Made by a program: the position numbers and the translations under genes. Below, piece after piece: positions 7,593 through 17,640 of a stretch of DNA of 64,000 bases; position 1 is the stretch's first letter, and the number at the start of each line of letters is the position of its first letter. The notes below the pieces were generated by a model. That model was not told where the DNA came from, made no database searches, and saw only the letters and a program-made list of their open reading frames with translations. Source of the DNA: a bacterium (GTDB lineage: Bacteria; Hinthialibacterota; Hinthialibacteria; Hinthialibacterales; Hinthialibacteraceae); assembly GCA_963662285.2 (NCBI GenBank), contig CAXXMV010000003.1:128001-192000 (forward strand), written 5' to 3'.

Positions 7593-10097
7593 TCACTTGG
7601 GCGGTTTTTCTATGAAATTGATTTTATAATTGAAGGAGTAACTCATATCATTATCCAGTATGGCTGGTTTTGTGGTCAGGTTTAGATGCGCCAGGGGGTA
7701 GCGGTCGCTCCACCAGAACGTAGGTTCCTGGTATTTATCAGGATCATAAGAGATTTTGACGCCATATTTTTTCTTATAGTTATAGAGAGCGTATCCGCCG
7801 CCTGCGGCATTCTTTAATAGACCGCTGTTGGGGCCTTCATCGTCTTTCCAGTCTTGGTTAAATTTGATCCACTTATTATCAAGAATGAAAGCGCCGACTT
7901 TGTCGCTGTCGTTGGTGGGTAAACCAGTGTTTATTTCGGGACGCACGCGGAACTGGTATTCTTTGGATTCATGGCCTTTATGATTGACTTGCGTTTCAAA
8001 TGATATAGTTTCATTTTGTAGGGCGATCTTTCTAGTGATGATAGAGCCGTCTTTTAAGGTTTTAGATAATAGTAATCCTGAATCTTGTTCACTTATCGAA
8101 AATTCAGCGGGGGCATTATGGTCGTAACCTTTTTCGCCCAGTTCCTGGAGGGTTGAATAATCAAACAAGTTTCTGAGGCAGCGAAATTCGGGTTGCATCA
8201 GGATATGCTTTTGGCTTGGTTTGTGAAATAACTCAACAATTTTACCGTTATCATCCGGCAGTATAATCAGGCGCCAGGTTTTATTCTCTAATGTTTCTGC
8301 TTTGAATCCATCCTTTGTAGTTTGTTGGAGAATTTTGTAATAATGGTCGATGGGCTGCCATTCTTCAGCTCGGGTTTGTCCGTGTTTCTTGGTGAGTTCA
8401 ATATATTTTGAGACGATATCGCCATATTTCTCAGGGAAAACGACGCGAAGTTTGTGGTTTTTGTTCTCCAATTGTCCGCCAGTTTCGAGCACTGATCGAT
8501 AGGCGCAGATTGAGGCTTTCTCTACCCGGTTGCGAATGGTTTCGTTTTCGGCTTTTTTTAGCGCTTGTTGGAAGAACCTGAAAATTCTGTCTGATGTTTT
8601 GGCGTTTAATCCCAGTTCAAACGGGGTGGGGAAGCAGGTTGGTTCGTAACCGGCTTTCTCTGCGTTGTCGTGCAGGAAGGTCAGATACTTAATTATGGTG
8701 TTGCCAGCTTTGCCGTAATGCAATTTACAGAATTCTTTGGCTAAACTCCAACTATCCAGTTGAGGATTCCACAGGCAACGCGACATGACGTAATTCCTCA
8801 AGTCGCACATTTCACCTGAATTTCCATTGCCGTTGGCCTGCATGAAAATGCCTTTGACATTGTTCTTGAGGAAATATTTTATGTTGGGTCCAATGGCGCG
8901 CAGGTTGGGGAAGGGAAGATCGTAAAACCTGAAATTGGTGTTGTAGTGCCAGACCCAGATATCATTACACATGCCGCCCCAAATGTCCATATCATTGCAG
9001 AACTCACGATTCTTTTCGCTTTCTGGATTATCCAAAGCGTAGAGCGTACAGCATTCGATGCTGCATAGTTGGATTTGAACGTTATGGCGTGGTTTAATGG
9101 TTTTGGGCGGTTTGCGGGTGTACCAGTAAGAAAGAGTTCCAATTTTTACATTGGGGTATTTCTTTTCGACGCGTTCCGCTACGGCGTTGACCAAGGCCAG
9201 ATGCGATCCCATGGGAGTTCCTTCGCGTTGGTTGATCGCCTCGCATTTGTCGCAACGGCAATAGGCGGCGTTGTCGTTTTGGCTCACGCTGTAATTTTTG
9301 AGAGTGGGATTTTTGTCCAGTTCTTTAATAACATTCTGCGCTACTATCTCAATCACTTCAGGATTGGTTACGCATAGTTCCGGGCCGCCGCCTCCCATTT
9401 CCAATTTTCGTTCTCCATCAACCAGGGCGAAATATTCGGGGTGATCTTTGCCGTATTTTTCAACTGGCAATAAATGATTAAACGAGTGGCTAATCAGATT
9501 CTGCCGCGTAACGCCGCCGTATTTTTCGTCATGAGTCGTGGTGTTGACGCGCAGACGGGCGGCTAAATCCTGATGATCCGCGTTTTCTTTGTAATAACTC
9601 CAACGGAAGGTGAATGACGGTTTGTATGACCATTCTTCGCAGGGGATATTTTTTTGTGGATTGTCGGGAATGTACGTGTGATCGAAGGTCAGGAATCTGA
9701 TGTCCAGGTAACGTTCCATGAATTCATACACGCCGTACAATGTTCCCCGTGGTCGTCCACCGGCTATGATTATATTATCTTTGGTGATGCGTATGCGGAG
9801 TTCTTCTTCATTGAAGCCTTCTATATCAAAGCCAATGGCGCTGGAGCGCATGGCCGGGCTGGCGCCGATGAAAATATTATGAGTGGGATCGCCTGGCGCT
9901 TGCTTGATGGGCAGTTCAAAACCTGCGGCTTTTTTTATCAGGGCTTGAAATTCATTGGCGGCGTATTGTTCGCTTGGGATGGCGTCTTCCGCAGTAATAA
10001 TAGTCCATGATTTCAGGTCGGATAATTTTATGGTATCCTTGGCTGATGCTATATTGCTGATAAAAAGTAAGGTGAATAATACTATCCAGCGATGCAT
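7593..10097 (-). CDS. Secreted DUF4838 domain protein (putative glycoside hydrolase)
   Basis: Signal peptide; GGRPRGTLYGVYEF N-terminal domain; HPEYFAL, LCVTNPEV and CRCDKC motifs. Confidence 0.8.
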   Translation of the reverse strand: MHRWIVLFTLLFISNIASAKDTIKLSDLKSWTIITAEDAIPSEQYAANEFQALIKKAAGFELPIKQAPGDPTHNIFIGASPAMRSSAIGFDIEGFNEEELRIRITKDNIIIAGGRPRGTLYGVYEFMERYLDIRFLTFDHTYIPDNPQKNIPCEEWSYKPSFTFRWSYYKENADHQDLAARLRVNTTTHDEKYGGVTRQNLISHSFNHLLPVEKYGKDHPEYFALVDGERKLEMGGGGPELCVTNPEVIEIVAQNVIKELDKNPTLKNYSVSQNDNAAYCRCDKCEAINQREGTPMGSHLALVNAVAERVEKKYPNVKIGTLSYWYTRKPPKTIKPRHNVQIQLCSIECCTLYALDNPESEKNREFCNDMDIWGGMCNDIWVWHYNTNFRFYDLPFPNLRAIGPNIKYFLKNNVKGIFMQANGNGNSGEMCDLRNYVMSRCLWNPQLDSWSLAKEFCKLHYGKAGNTIIKYLTFLHDNAEKAGYEPTCFPTPFELGLNAKTSDRIFRFFQQALKKAENETIRNRVEKASICAYRSVLETGGQLENKNHKLRVVFPEKYGDIVSKYIELTKKHGQTRAEEWQPIDHYYKILQQTTKDGFKAETLENKTWRLIILPDDNGKIVELFHKPSQKHILMQPEFRCLRNLFDYSTLQELGEKGYDHNAPAEFSISEQDSGLLLSKTLKDGSIITRKIALQNETISFETQVNHKGHESKEYQFRVRPEINTGLPTNDSDKVGAFILDNKWIKFNQDWKDDEGPNSGLLKNAAGGGYALYNYKKKYGVKISYDPDKYQEPTFWWSDRYPLAHLNLTTKPAILDNDMSYSFNYKINFIEKPPK

Positions 10098-10206
10098 GGT
10101 ATTGAATCCTTTTCAGGTATTTTTAACTTTAATATCATATTGTTAAATCAAAGTAACAAATATTATTGACAATTGCAAGCGGATGACAAAAAACTGAAGA
10201 AGAATT

Positions 10207-11379
10207 GTGGAAAATATAATGAACCGAATTGAATCTGTAGTGCGGTTGTATGTTGTCGGGGGATTTTTGGGAGCGGGGAAGACTACTGCCTTGACTGCGC
10301 TTGCAGCCCACTTTATTAGACAGAAGAAACGCGTGGCGGTTATCACTAATGACCGGACTGATGGATTGGTGGATAGCGATATCATGCGAACCTTAGGGAT
10401 AAATTACCGTGAAATTTCAGGCGCCTGCATCTGCGCCCGGTTCAGGGATTTTCTGAGTGCTGCTGATGCGTTGTTGGAGAAGCATCAACCTCATGTCATT
10501 CTGGCTGAGCCGGTAGGATCGGCGGCCGATTTGATATCCACCGTCATCAGGCCTTTACGCGCTTATACCCAAAACCGTTATGAAATCATGCCGTTGACTG
10601 TTCTGGCTGATCCAGTGCGGGTCTGTGAAATGCTGGGTGATGAGCATAATCCTGATGAAGAAAGCGCGTGGCCTGAGGATATTAAACAATTATATGATAG
10701 GCAATTGAGTGAAGCGGATCGCATTTTGATGACCAAGACTGATGCGGTTGATGAAGAGACCATTGCTAAATCTCATGCCATATTAAAGAAACTTTATGCT
10801 ACTCAAAATCCATTGATTGGCATCCAAACATTTTCGGCGTTAACCGGGGAAGGTCTGGTTGAATGGCTGCAAGCGCTGGATGACTTTGATGCGTCGAAAT
10901 CGTCTGAGATTAAGAACTCTGATCTTGATCACTCATCAGCCGAATCTGCTTTGGGATGGGTTAATCTAGAGGTTAAATTGATCCCCCGGAATGAGGATCA
11001 TGACGTTGACGACAGTTTGGATGGAGTGGCATTGATACAGGGCTTTTTTCATCGGTTGCATGAGCGGATGCAAGGCGCCCCTATCGGGCATTTGAAACTC
11101 TTCGCTTCCATGAATAATAAATTGCTCAAAGCCAATGTGGTGGATTGGCGCAGGGGATATCAAATAGAAAATATGAATGCTTCTGAATTTGTTGTTGATA
11201 AATCGCATATCAGGATTAACCTACGGGCGGTTATGGATCATACGCAACTTGAGCGGATTGCCATTGATTCAGTTTTCGAGGCTGCTGGTTTTCAGAATAG
11301 TACGGTTGAAGTGATTAAATTATTGTCGGTTAAGCCGGATCGTCCGGAACCTACTTACCGAATTGGTCGCTTAACTTAA
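10207..11379 (+). CDS. CobW/HypB/UreG-class (G3E) P-loop GTPase, metallochaperone-like
   Basis: GGFLGAGKTT, ITND, GACIC, EPVGS, TKTD and a C-terminal GHLK motif. Confidence 0.85.
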   Translation: MENIMNRIESVVRLYVVGGFLGAGKTTALTALAAHFIRQKKRVAVITNDRTDGLVDSDIMRTLGINYREISGACICARFRDFLSAADALLEKHQPHVILAEPVGSAADLISTVIRPLRAYTQNRYEIMPLTVLADPVRVCEMLGDEHNPDEESAWPEDIKQLYDRQLSEADRILMTKTDAVDEETIAKSHAILKKLYATQNPLIGIQTFSALTGEGLVEWLQALDDFDASKSSEIKNSDLDHSSAESALGWVNLEVKLIPRNEDHDVDDSLDGVALIQGFFHRLHERMQGAPIGHLKLFASMNNKLLKANVVDWRRGYQIENMNASEFVVDKSHIRINLRAVMDHTQLERIAIDSVFEAAGFQNSTVEVIKLLSVKPDRPEPTYRIGRLT

Positions 11380-11388
11380 GTTATTCTT

Positions 11389-11637
11389 GGTGGGCTACGC
11401 TTCGCTTTTAGCCCACCCTACGCGTAGGTAAATTAAATCAAGGGCTGACTGCATTGCGGTCTTGACCTGGGCGGCCATGCTCTCCAGTGGGAGAGGGGAT
11501 AACTCGGTTAATTTTATGACATTGCCATGAAAGGCGCCCCTACGATTTCGAATAAAAAAACCTGTTTATCCTTAAATCCTGTAAATCCTGATTCAGACAA
11601 AACAACCCCCCTCTAACTCCCCCCAACTTGGGGGGAG
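11389..11637. repeat. Mosaic repeat cluster: REP-A (11389-11422), family C (11437-11470), BoxC-like D (11480-11499), REP-B (11524-11544), AAATCCT tandem (11568-11600), C/G-rich hairpin (11606-11637)
   Basis: The A, B, C and D units each match copies elsewhere in the window. Confidence 0.8.
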
Positions 11638-11647
11638 AATGTAAGGC

Positions 11648-12904
11648 TTAGATTTTTATGGGGATTAACCTTTGGTTTTCATCGAATTCCATATCATATA
11701 GATCGGATATGCCGGAGACGTTTGGATGATTCTTTAATTCTGGTAGTAACGCTTCAGAGGCTTCGATTCGGGTCAGACTCAAGGTGTCTCTAATACGGAG
11801 CAAGCGCACTTTTTCTGTAGAGATATCGCCGATGGAAATTAGCATTTGCTCCATCATCTCGCGGTCGGTATCGAAATGAAGGGGGATGTTAGAGCAGACG
11901 GTGTTGCGTGATGTTACGGCGTTGAGGTAAGTGAAGCGTTTGTTAATTTTGTTAACCAACGTTGTGCTGCAGAAATCGGCCAGACCTACTCCGACCGCGT
12001 TGCCCATTGATTCCGGCGTAATATCCATTACCGCAAGACGGGTTATGTTTGGATTGTCCGGCCAATGCCGATTGATGCGGTATCGTCGTCCGGTGATATT
12101 AGGATCGATTCCCACGCCGCTTATGTTTTTGCCTAGGCGGTCGATTATCAGAATGTCCGCTTCCTCGACTGGAAGCGATGGCATGAGTTTTTTTGAGTAA
12201 AGTAGAAGTTCTTTTTCCCTTAACTCAATGTGATCGGGTGGTATGGCTTCGATGGCAGCCGTCTGGTGATATGCGTTTTCTATAATGGCTATGCCGCATA
12301 ATATTTTACCTGTTGCTATGACCTTGCGGGCGATGGTCTGTACCAAGTAGTCGTATGAGTGACCCGCCGTGCGGCTGTGGAAAGTTTTGGCGCCATCAAT
12401 TTTTCCCATACCAACCGTAATCATTTTCATTAATCCGCTCTCTACTTCGCCAGTGAAATCGGTATGGGGTTTTATGCGGTTGATAACCACCACGCCATCT
12501 GATTCAAAAGCGGTTTTTGCGATATTGACTGGTAATCCGTCTACCGTTTCACCGATGCAGACCGTCTCCATAGAAGCAAGTATGGGGACATCCATTGATT
12601 CCGGCGTGATGTCATAATCAGACAGAATATGCAACTGACCTTCAGAGGTTGCTCCGCCGTGAGAACCCATGGCGGGAATGATGAATGGCTTGCCGCCCTT
12701 TTGGCGGATGGTTTTGATAAGAGTTTTGAGCATATCCGCCATGTTGCTGATGCCCCGGCTGCCGGCGGTTATGGCAATTCGTTTTCCTGAGATTTTATCA
12801 TCAGAAACGATGCCGTTGAATGAATTGGATATCTCTTGTTCGGTTGATTCTACAAATGGTTTTGGGAATTTTTGATCGATTCTGGCTATGCGGGGAAAAT
12901 TCAT
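11648..12904 (-). CDS. LarA-like N-terminal (DUF2088/DUF362-type) protein
   Basis: IAITAGSRGI, PAMGSHGGAT, NRIKPHT, SGLMKM and GKNISGVGIDPNITGR motifs. Confidence 0.8.
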   Translation of the reverse strand: MNFPRIARIDQKFPKPFVESTEQEISNSFNGIVSDDKISGKRIAITAGSRGISNMADMLKTLIKTIRQKGGKPFIIPAMGSHGGATSEGQLHILSDYDITPESMDVPILASMETVCIGETVDGLPVNIAKTAFESDGVVVINRIKPHTDFTGEVESGLMKMITVGMGKIDGAKTFHSRTAGHSYDYLVQTIARKVIATGKILCGIAIIENAYHQTAAIEAIPPDHIELREKELLLYSKKLMPSLPVEEADILIIDRLGKNISGVGIDPNITGRRYRINRHWPDNPNITRLAVMDITPESMGNAVGVGLADFCSTTLVNKINKRFTYLNAVTSRNTVCSNIPLHFDTDREMMEQMLISIGDISTEKVRLLRIRDTLSLTRIEASEALLPELKNHPNVSGISDLYDMEFDENQRLIPIKI

Positions 12905-12935
12905 GGTTTGGTTCTTTTCTGGGGTTTTGGATATC

Positions 12936-13024
12936 GGGCGCCCATAAAAGGCGCCCCTACGTTTGTAATTGCGGGCATTGATTATTTCACCCTCACCCTA
13001 GCCCACTCCCGTGGGAAGAGGGGA
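12936..13024. repeat. REP-B (12936-12961) plus BoxC-like D unit (12990-13024)
   Basis: GGGCGCCCATAAAAGGCGCCCCTACG and CCCTCACCCTAGCCCACTCCC...GGGAAGAGGGGA. Confidence 0.8.
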
Positions 13025-13041
13025 CAAGAATATTTTATACA

Positions 13042-14379
13042 TTAGTTGAAAAGTTGATAAGCCGAACGGGCGGCCATGTATCCTATGGAGGCTACGCTGA
13101 TCCATAGAGTGGCATCATACAGAATTGACGGGCGTAATGCTGCAATGGCGTTGCGATAGCGGAATACCAGCGCTTGATAGGCAACGACCAGTAAATATAT
13201 AGTGTTGCTGATTCCCATCAGAACCACCAGAAAGAGAGGTTTTTGGATCAGCAGGAAAATCGTTCCGCTTATGAGAGGGAAAACCCATGCCATCACTGCG
13301 ATGGATCTGATGCGTTGTTTGGGATCATTCCAGTCGATTATACGGAAGAGGCCAAAAGCGTCAGTCCATAGTCGGGAGAAGCCTGCGGTGTTGGAGAAGA
13401 TGGTTGAATAGAGAACAGTAAACGCACAGATCATGAATACATTACGCGTTCCTTCTCCCAGCGATTCGGTGAACAGGTTTGATAGTTGAAGAATTAATTC
13501 ATTACCGTCGGCTATAGTTGCCTGGGTTGATAGTATGGCGGCGCCGAGAATGTAGAAAGCGCAGGTAGTGATAGTGTATATCACCATAGATACTAAAGCG
13601 TCAAAGGTCATGACGCGTATCCAGCCCCGCGCCCGTTGCGCCCATTCCGGCGACCCGTCATTGGGGCCGGTCCAGGCGGCGTAGCCTTTTTCGATGCACC
13701 AGTAGGGATAGGTGGTTATTTCGCCTGAAGCGACGCCGGTTATGCCAAAGGCGGTTAGTGCGAATACAAGCGCATTAGACGGAAGATGAAAGGTTAATCC
13801 ACTGGCCAGGTCACTCAGTGAAAATGCATAGTCCGTGCTTTGGATGGCGAAGACGCAATAGAGGATAGCCGAGGCAAACAAGACGTTGAACAAGGTTGCG
13901 ATTTTCTCTATCGGCCCATACTTGCCATGAAAAACCAGCAGGCCAATGGATATCACTATTATCATAGACCATGCCTCGGTCGAGATTGACGGGAACATGA
14001 AAGCGGCGGATTGCGCGGCGCCGCCCAGTACGCCTCCCTGACCGGCGAAATTGCTCAGCATGAATAGTACGCCGCAATAGACTGACCAATGAACCTTGGA
14101 TATCTTAAAGCGGCCTACTTTGTTCCAGGCCTGGAATGAGGGCAGGCCGTGTGATATGCAATAGCGGCCATATTCCAATTGCACGGCGACTTTGACCAGG
14201 CAACCGAGAAGAATGACCCAGAGTAATGTATATCCTGCTTTAGCGCCAAGTGATGTTGTGGCGATTAATTCACCTGATCCAACGATGGCGGCGGAGAGGA
14301 TTAAGCCCGGGCCTAGGTAGCGCAGAGACGAGAAGAATCCGGTGGGTGGATTTTGTATTTCAGAATTGGTTTGGTTCAT
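13042..14379 (-). CDS. Nramp-like family transporter
   Basis: LGPGLILSAAIVGSGELI motif and about 11 hydrophobic segments. Confidence 0.82.
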   Translation of the reverse strand: MNQTNSEIQNPPTGFFSSLRYLGPGLILSAAIVGSGELIATTSLGAKAGYTLLWVILLGCLVKVAVQLEYGRYCISHGLPSFQAWNKVGRFKISKVHWSVYCGVLFMLSNFAGQGGVLGGAAQSAAFMFPSISTEAWSMIIVISIGLLVFHGKYGPIEKIATLFNVLFASAILYCVFAIQSTDYAFSLSDLASGLTFHLPSNALVFALTAFGITGVASGEITTYPYWCIEKGYAAWTGPNDGSPEWAQRARGWIRVMTFDALVSMVIYTITTCAFYILGAAILSTQATIADGNELILQLSNLFTESLGEGTRNVFMICAFTVLYSTIFSNTAGFSRLWTDAFGLFRIIDWNDPKQRIRSIAVMAWVFPLISGTIFLLIQKPLFLVVLMGISNTIYLLVVAYQALVFRYRNAIAALRPSILYDATLWISVASIGYMAARSAYQLFN

Positions 14380-14437
14380 GTCGATCTAACCTTGGCTGTT
14401 CTTTGTGAACCAGGGGATGTTTTGAAATCGAAAGTGA

Positions 14438-14475
14438 TTGCATCAAGGGCTGACCGCGATGCGGTCTTGCCCTTG
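14438..14475 (+). repeat. Family C palindrome
   Basis: TTGCATCAAGGGCTGACCGCGATGCGGTCTTGCCCTTG. Confidence 0.8.
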
Positions 14476-14555
14476 CCACCCGGTCTTAACCTATATGATC
14501 AACAATGATCTTAATATATTCAGTAATTATTATCCACCTTAATAAAACAAAAACC

Positions 14556-14588
14556 ACCGCCGGGTGGTAACTGTCTCCCGGCGGCGGT
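14556..14588 (-). terminator. Intrinsic terminator
   Basis: ACCGCCGGG...CCCGGCGG stem with an A-rich left flank, downstream of the 14625-15227 gene. Confidence 0.6.
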
Positions 14589-14624
14589 ATCATATATAAG
14601 GAGTAAAAAGCAATATCGACCAGA

Positions 14625-15227
14625 TTATTTTACTGATTGTTTACTACCAGGGTACTTTGTTCCCATAAATGATGTAAAGGATGAATGTTTATCAGAAATT
14701 TCAACAGTTACTGAATTCGAGGTAGCGTTGCATGTTCGTTGATTTTGAAAATCTGTAAATGAACATGTTGCTGATATGACGTATTCACCGCAGATAGACA
14801 TATCATAATACCTGTTGATCAAGCGATGATTTTCCAGTGTTTTTCCCGGACTCAAAGAAATCATTTTCCCTGAACTGATTAGTCCCTTGTTTATTGGATC
14901 ATTTTGGATTTTACTCATATACTCGGTATAAGGCGCCTTTTTTCCGTTTCTAAAGACCGATAAATGAAAATTTCTGCAAAACTCAGATCCAATGGGAACA
15001 TCCGTAGTGACATCGTCTATATTTTTTATGGCTACAGAAATTAAGATTGGTTCAGCTGGCCCGTATTGTTTTTCTTCAATAGCAACTTTTAATTGAAGAA
15101 AATTACTATTTATATGTGTAGAAGGTAAATCAGGTATTTCTGCTTTTGAACCTTCATCACAAAAATTGATAGTTTGAATTCCGATTACAATAAAAACTGT
15201 TAATACTAAATAAGCAATTTTGTTCAT
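14625..15227 (-). CDS. Hypothetical secreted beta-sandwich protein (AT-rich)
   Basis: 200 aa, N-terminal hydrophobic signal, GAGG RBS, Ig-like pattern ending SNSVTVEI. Confidence 0.7.
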   Translation of the reverse strand: MNKIAYLVLTVFIVIGIQTINFCDEGSKAEIPDLPSTHINSNFLQLKVAIEEKQYGPAEPILISVAIKNIDDVTTDVPIGSEFCRNFHLSVFRNGKKAPYTEYMSKIQNDPINKGLISSGKMISLSPGKTLENHRLINRYYDMSICGEYVISATCSFTDFQNQRTCNATSNSVTVEISDKHSSFTSFMGTKYPGSKQSVK

Positions 15228-15322
15228 GATTACCTCGTATTTTTAGCAGACGCCAAGGACAAAAAGAATGCCGCAGAGCATGAAATCTCTGCGGCCATAA
15301 ACGAAGTGTAAAACGAAATCGG

Positions 15323-16624
15323 TTATACGATTTCTGGAACAACGAATTCTCCACGGTAGTTGCGTTTGAGGAATTCGTTGGCGTAATCGTTATTTCTGAA
15401 GCGTTCGGTTGATGGATCGAAATCAAGCGTATCGCCTACGCGGAAGGCGACATTACCTAGATGAGCGATAGTCGATGAAAGGTGTATAGTTTCAACAGGT
15501 CCGTTTTGATCGGACATCTTGCGGCTGCGGATTGCTTTATGGAAGTTAGTGAAATGGTCAATTTCGTCACCTTCTTTTCCTTTTGGACCGGGTTCATTCT
15601 TACTGCCCAAATAGGTTTCGAATGAATTATATCCCTTGATAACCATATAACCTTTTTCGCCATAGAAGATATTACCGACCGTGGCGCCGCTTTCAGAATT
15701 GGTGTTCCAGGGACGAGTTTCGAATTGGACCATCTTGTTGAGTCTGGTGTACTTGTAGAGAGTGGAAAGCAGCTCGGGAGTTTCCTTGTCGTCATCCCAC
15801 AGGAACTTACCTCCCATTGCGCATACTTTGTCAGGATGGGTCTCTACACCGAGTCCCCAGAGGCACATATCGGTTTCGTGAACGCCCTGGTTGCCGACGT
15901 CGCCGTTGCCGAAGTCCCAATGCCAATGCCAGTTATAGTGAACCAGATTTTCGGTATATGGACGCCACTGCGCAGGTCCGAGCCACAGGTTGTAATCGAT
16001 GTAATCTGGAACCCATTTAGACGGTTTTCTGCCAATTGACGGTCTAGTGCGGTAGCATAGACCACGAGCTAGATATGGTTCGCCGATGACTCCCTCGCGC
16101 AGCAGTTGGACGGCTTGTTGCAGAGCCGGGGAACTACGCAGCTGGACGCCATGCTGGACGATGCGTTTATACTTATAAGCCGCTTCGATCATCTTGCGGC
16201 CTTCATATATATTATGCGATCCAGGTTTTTCTACATAAACGTCTTTGCCCGCCTGACAGGCCCAGATTGTTGCCAGAGCATGCCAGTGGTTGGGGGTAGC
16301 GATGCTGACGGCGTTGACATCCTTATCGGCGAAGACGTCGCGCATGTCGACGTATGTTTTGACATCTTTGTTGTAGGTTTTTTTGAACTCGCTAGCGCGT
16401 TCGGCCAAGACGTGTTTGTCGATATCGCACAAGGCGACGACTTCGACATTTTCGGATGACTGATGATTTCTGATATGTCTTCCACCGCGTCCATGTATAC
16501 CGATTACGCCTATGTTAATCCGGTCATTGGCGCCGGCCCATGATTGGGACGTCCCAATCAATTGACCTGCCGCTAAAGCGCCCGCTGTACTTTTTACAAA
16601 TGATCTTCGGTTGACATTTCCCAT
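15323..16624 (-). CDS. Tat-exported Gfo/Idh/MocA oxidoreductase
   Basis: NRRSFVK, IATPNHWH, DVYVEKP, WLGPA and NQGVH motifs. Confidence 0.93.
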   Translation of the reverse strand: MGNVNRRSFVKSTAGALAAGQLIGTSQSWAGANDRINIGVIGIHGRGGRHIRNHQSSENVEVVALCDIDKHVLAERASEFKKTYNKDVKTYVDMRDVFADKDVNAVSIATPNHWHALATIWACQAGKDVYVEKPGSHNIYEGRKMIEAAYKYKRIVQHGVQLRSSPALQQAVQLLREGVIGEPYLARGLCYRTRPSIGRKPSKWVPDYIDYNLWLGPAQWRPYTENLVHYNWHWHWDFGNGDVGNQGVHETDMCLWGLGVETHPDKVCAMGGKFLWDDDKETPELLSTLYKYTRLNKMVQFETRPWNTNSESGATVGNIFYGEKGYMVIKGYNSFETYLGSKNEPGPKGKEGDEIDHFTNFHKAIRSRKMSDQNGPVETIHLSSTIAHLGNVAFRVGDTLDFDPSTERFRNNDYANEFLKRNYRGEFVVPEIV

Positions 16625-16814
16625 TTTGTTCTCCCATAAATATATTGCTTCTGATAGCGTTAACGTTAATCTCTCAATAATAAATTAGCAGATTCAATGA
16701 ATGTCGGAAAGGTTTGTAGAATGATATCGTTGGACGTTAATTACATTTATTGTAATATGGTTGTAACCATCAGTTTTTCTTTTCAAAATAACGTGCAAGT
16801 GGAATGCGGCTGGA

Positions 16815-17561
16815 ATGATGCGAAAGAAGAAATCCAAGATTATCAAGAAATCATTTACTGAGAGTGACCTTTATGAACCGATACATGGGTATTTGGTTAA
16901 ACATGGATATACGGTGCGCAGTGAAGTGCTGGATTGCGATATAACCGCCGTCAAAGGAGATGATCTGATTGTGATTGAGTTGAAAAAGAGTTTTAATGCT
17001 TCTCTTTTGATTCAAGCGACCCAGCGGCAGAAAATTACTGATTCGGTCTATGTCGCTATTCCTTATCCTAAAGAGGGGATTCGCAATAAAAAGTGGCGGC
17101 GCATCCAGCATCTGCTCAAACGTCTTGAATTGGGTTTGCTGCTGGTTACATTGCAATCAATCAAACCTGCCGTCGAGATAGTTTTTCATCCACTGCCTTT
17201 AACGCGACAAAAAAGTACCAGTAAAAAACGGGCGGTTCTCAAGGAGATTGATGGTCGTTCGGGGGATTATAACCAAGGGGGTAGTTCTGGTTGCAAGATA
17301 GTCACGGCATACCGGGAAAACGCCATTTTTATCGCCTGCTGTCTGGAGAAATATGGTCCGCTGGCGCCCAGGGATTTAAGGAAACTGGGCACGGGCGATA
17401 AGACTCAGGCTATTTTGTATAATAATCACTATGACTGGTTTGACCGGGTGGAAGTCGGCGTGTATGCGCTCAAACCATCGGCGATGGTTCAAGTTAAGGA
17501 ATTTAAGGAATTGTGTGATCTGTATAGCAAGCAGATTGAGAAAATAGAAATAGAAGAATAA
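16815..17561 (+). CDS. DUF2161 family PD-(D/E)XK-like protein
   Basis: ESDLYEP, SEV.DCDI, ELKKSF, TAYRE.A and N.Y.WFDRV motifs. Confidence 0.85.
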   Translation: MMRKKKSKIIKKSFTESDLYEPIHGYLVKHGYTVRSEVLDCDITAVKGDDLIVIELKKSFNASLLIQATQRQKITDSVYVAIPYPKEGIRNKKWRRIQHLLKRLELGLLLVTLQSIKPAVEIVFHPLPLTRQKSTSKKRAVLKEIDGRSGDYNQGGSSGCKIVTAYRENAIFIACCLEKYGPLAPRDLRKLGTGDKTQAILYNNHYDWFDRVEVGVYALKPSAMVQVKEFKELCDLYSKQIEKIEIEE

Positions 17562-17640
17562 CAGTGTAAAAGCCTATCTAGGTCAAATGTTTTATGTTAA
17601 TTTCGGGATGCATTAATAATATAATAATGAGGAAAAAATT

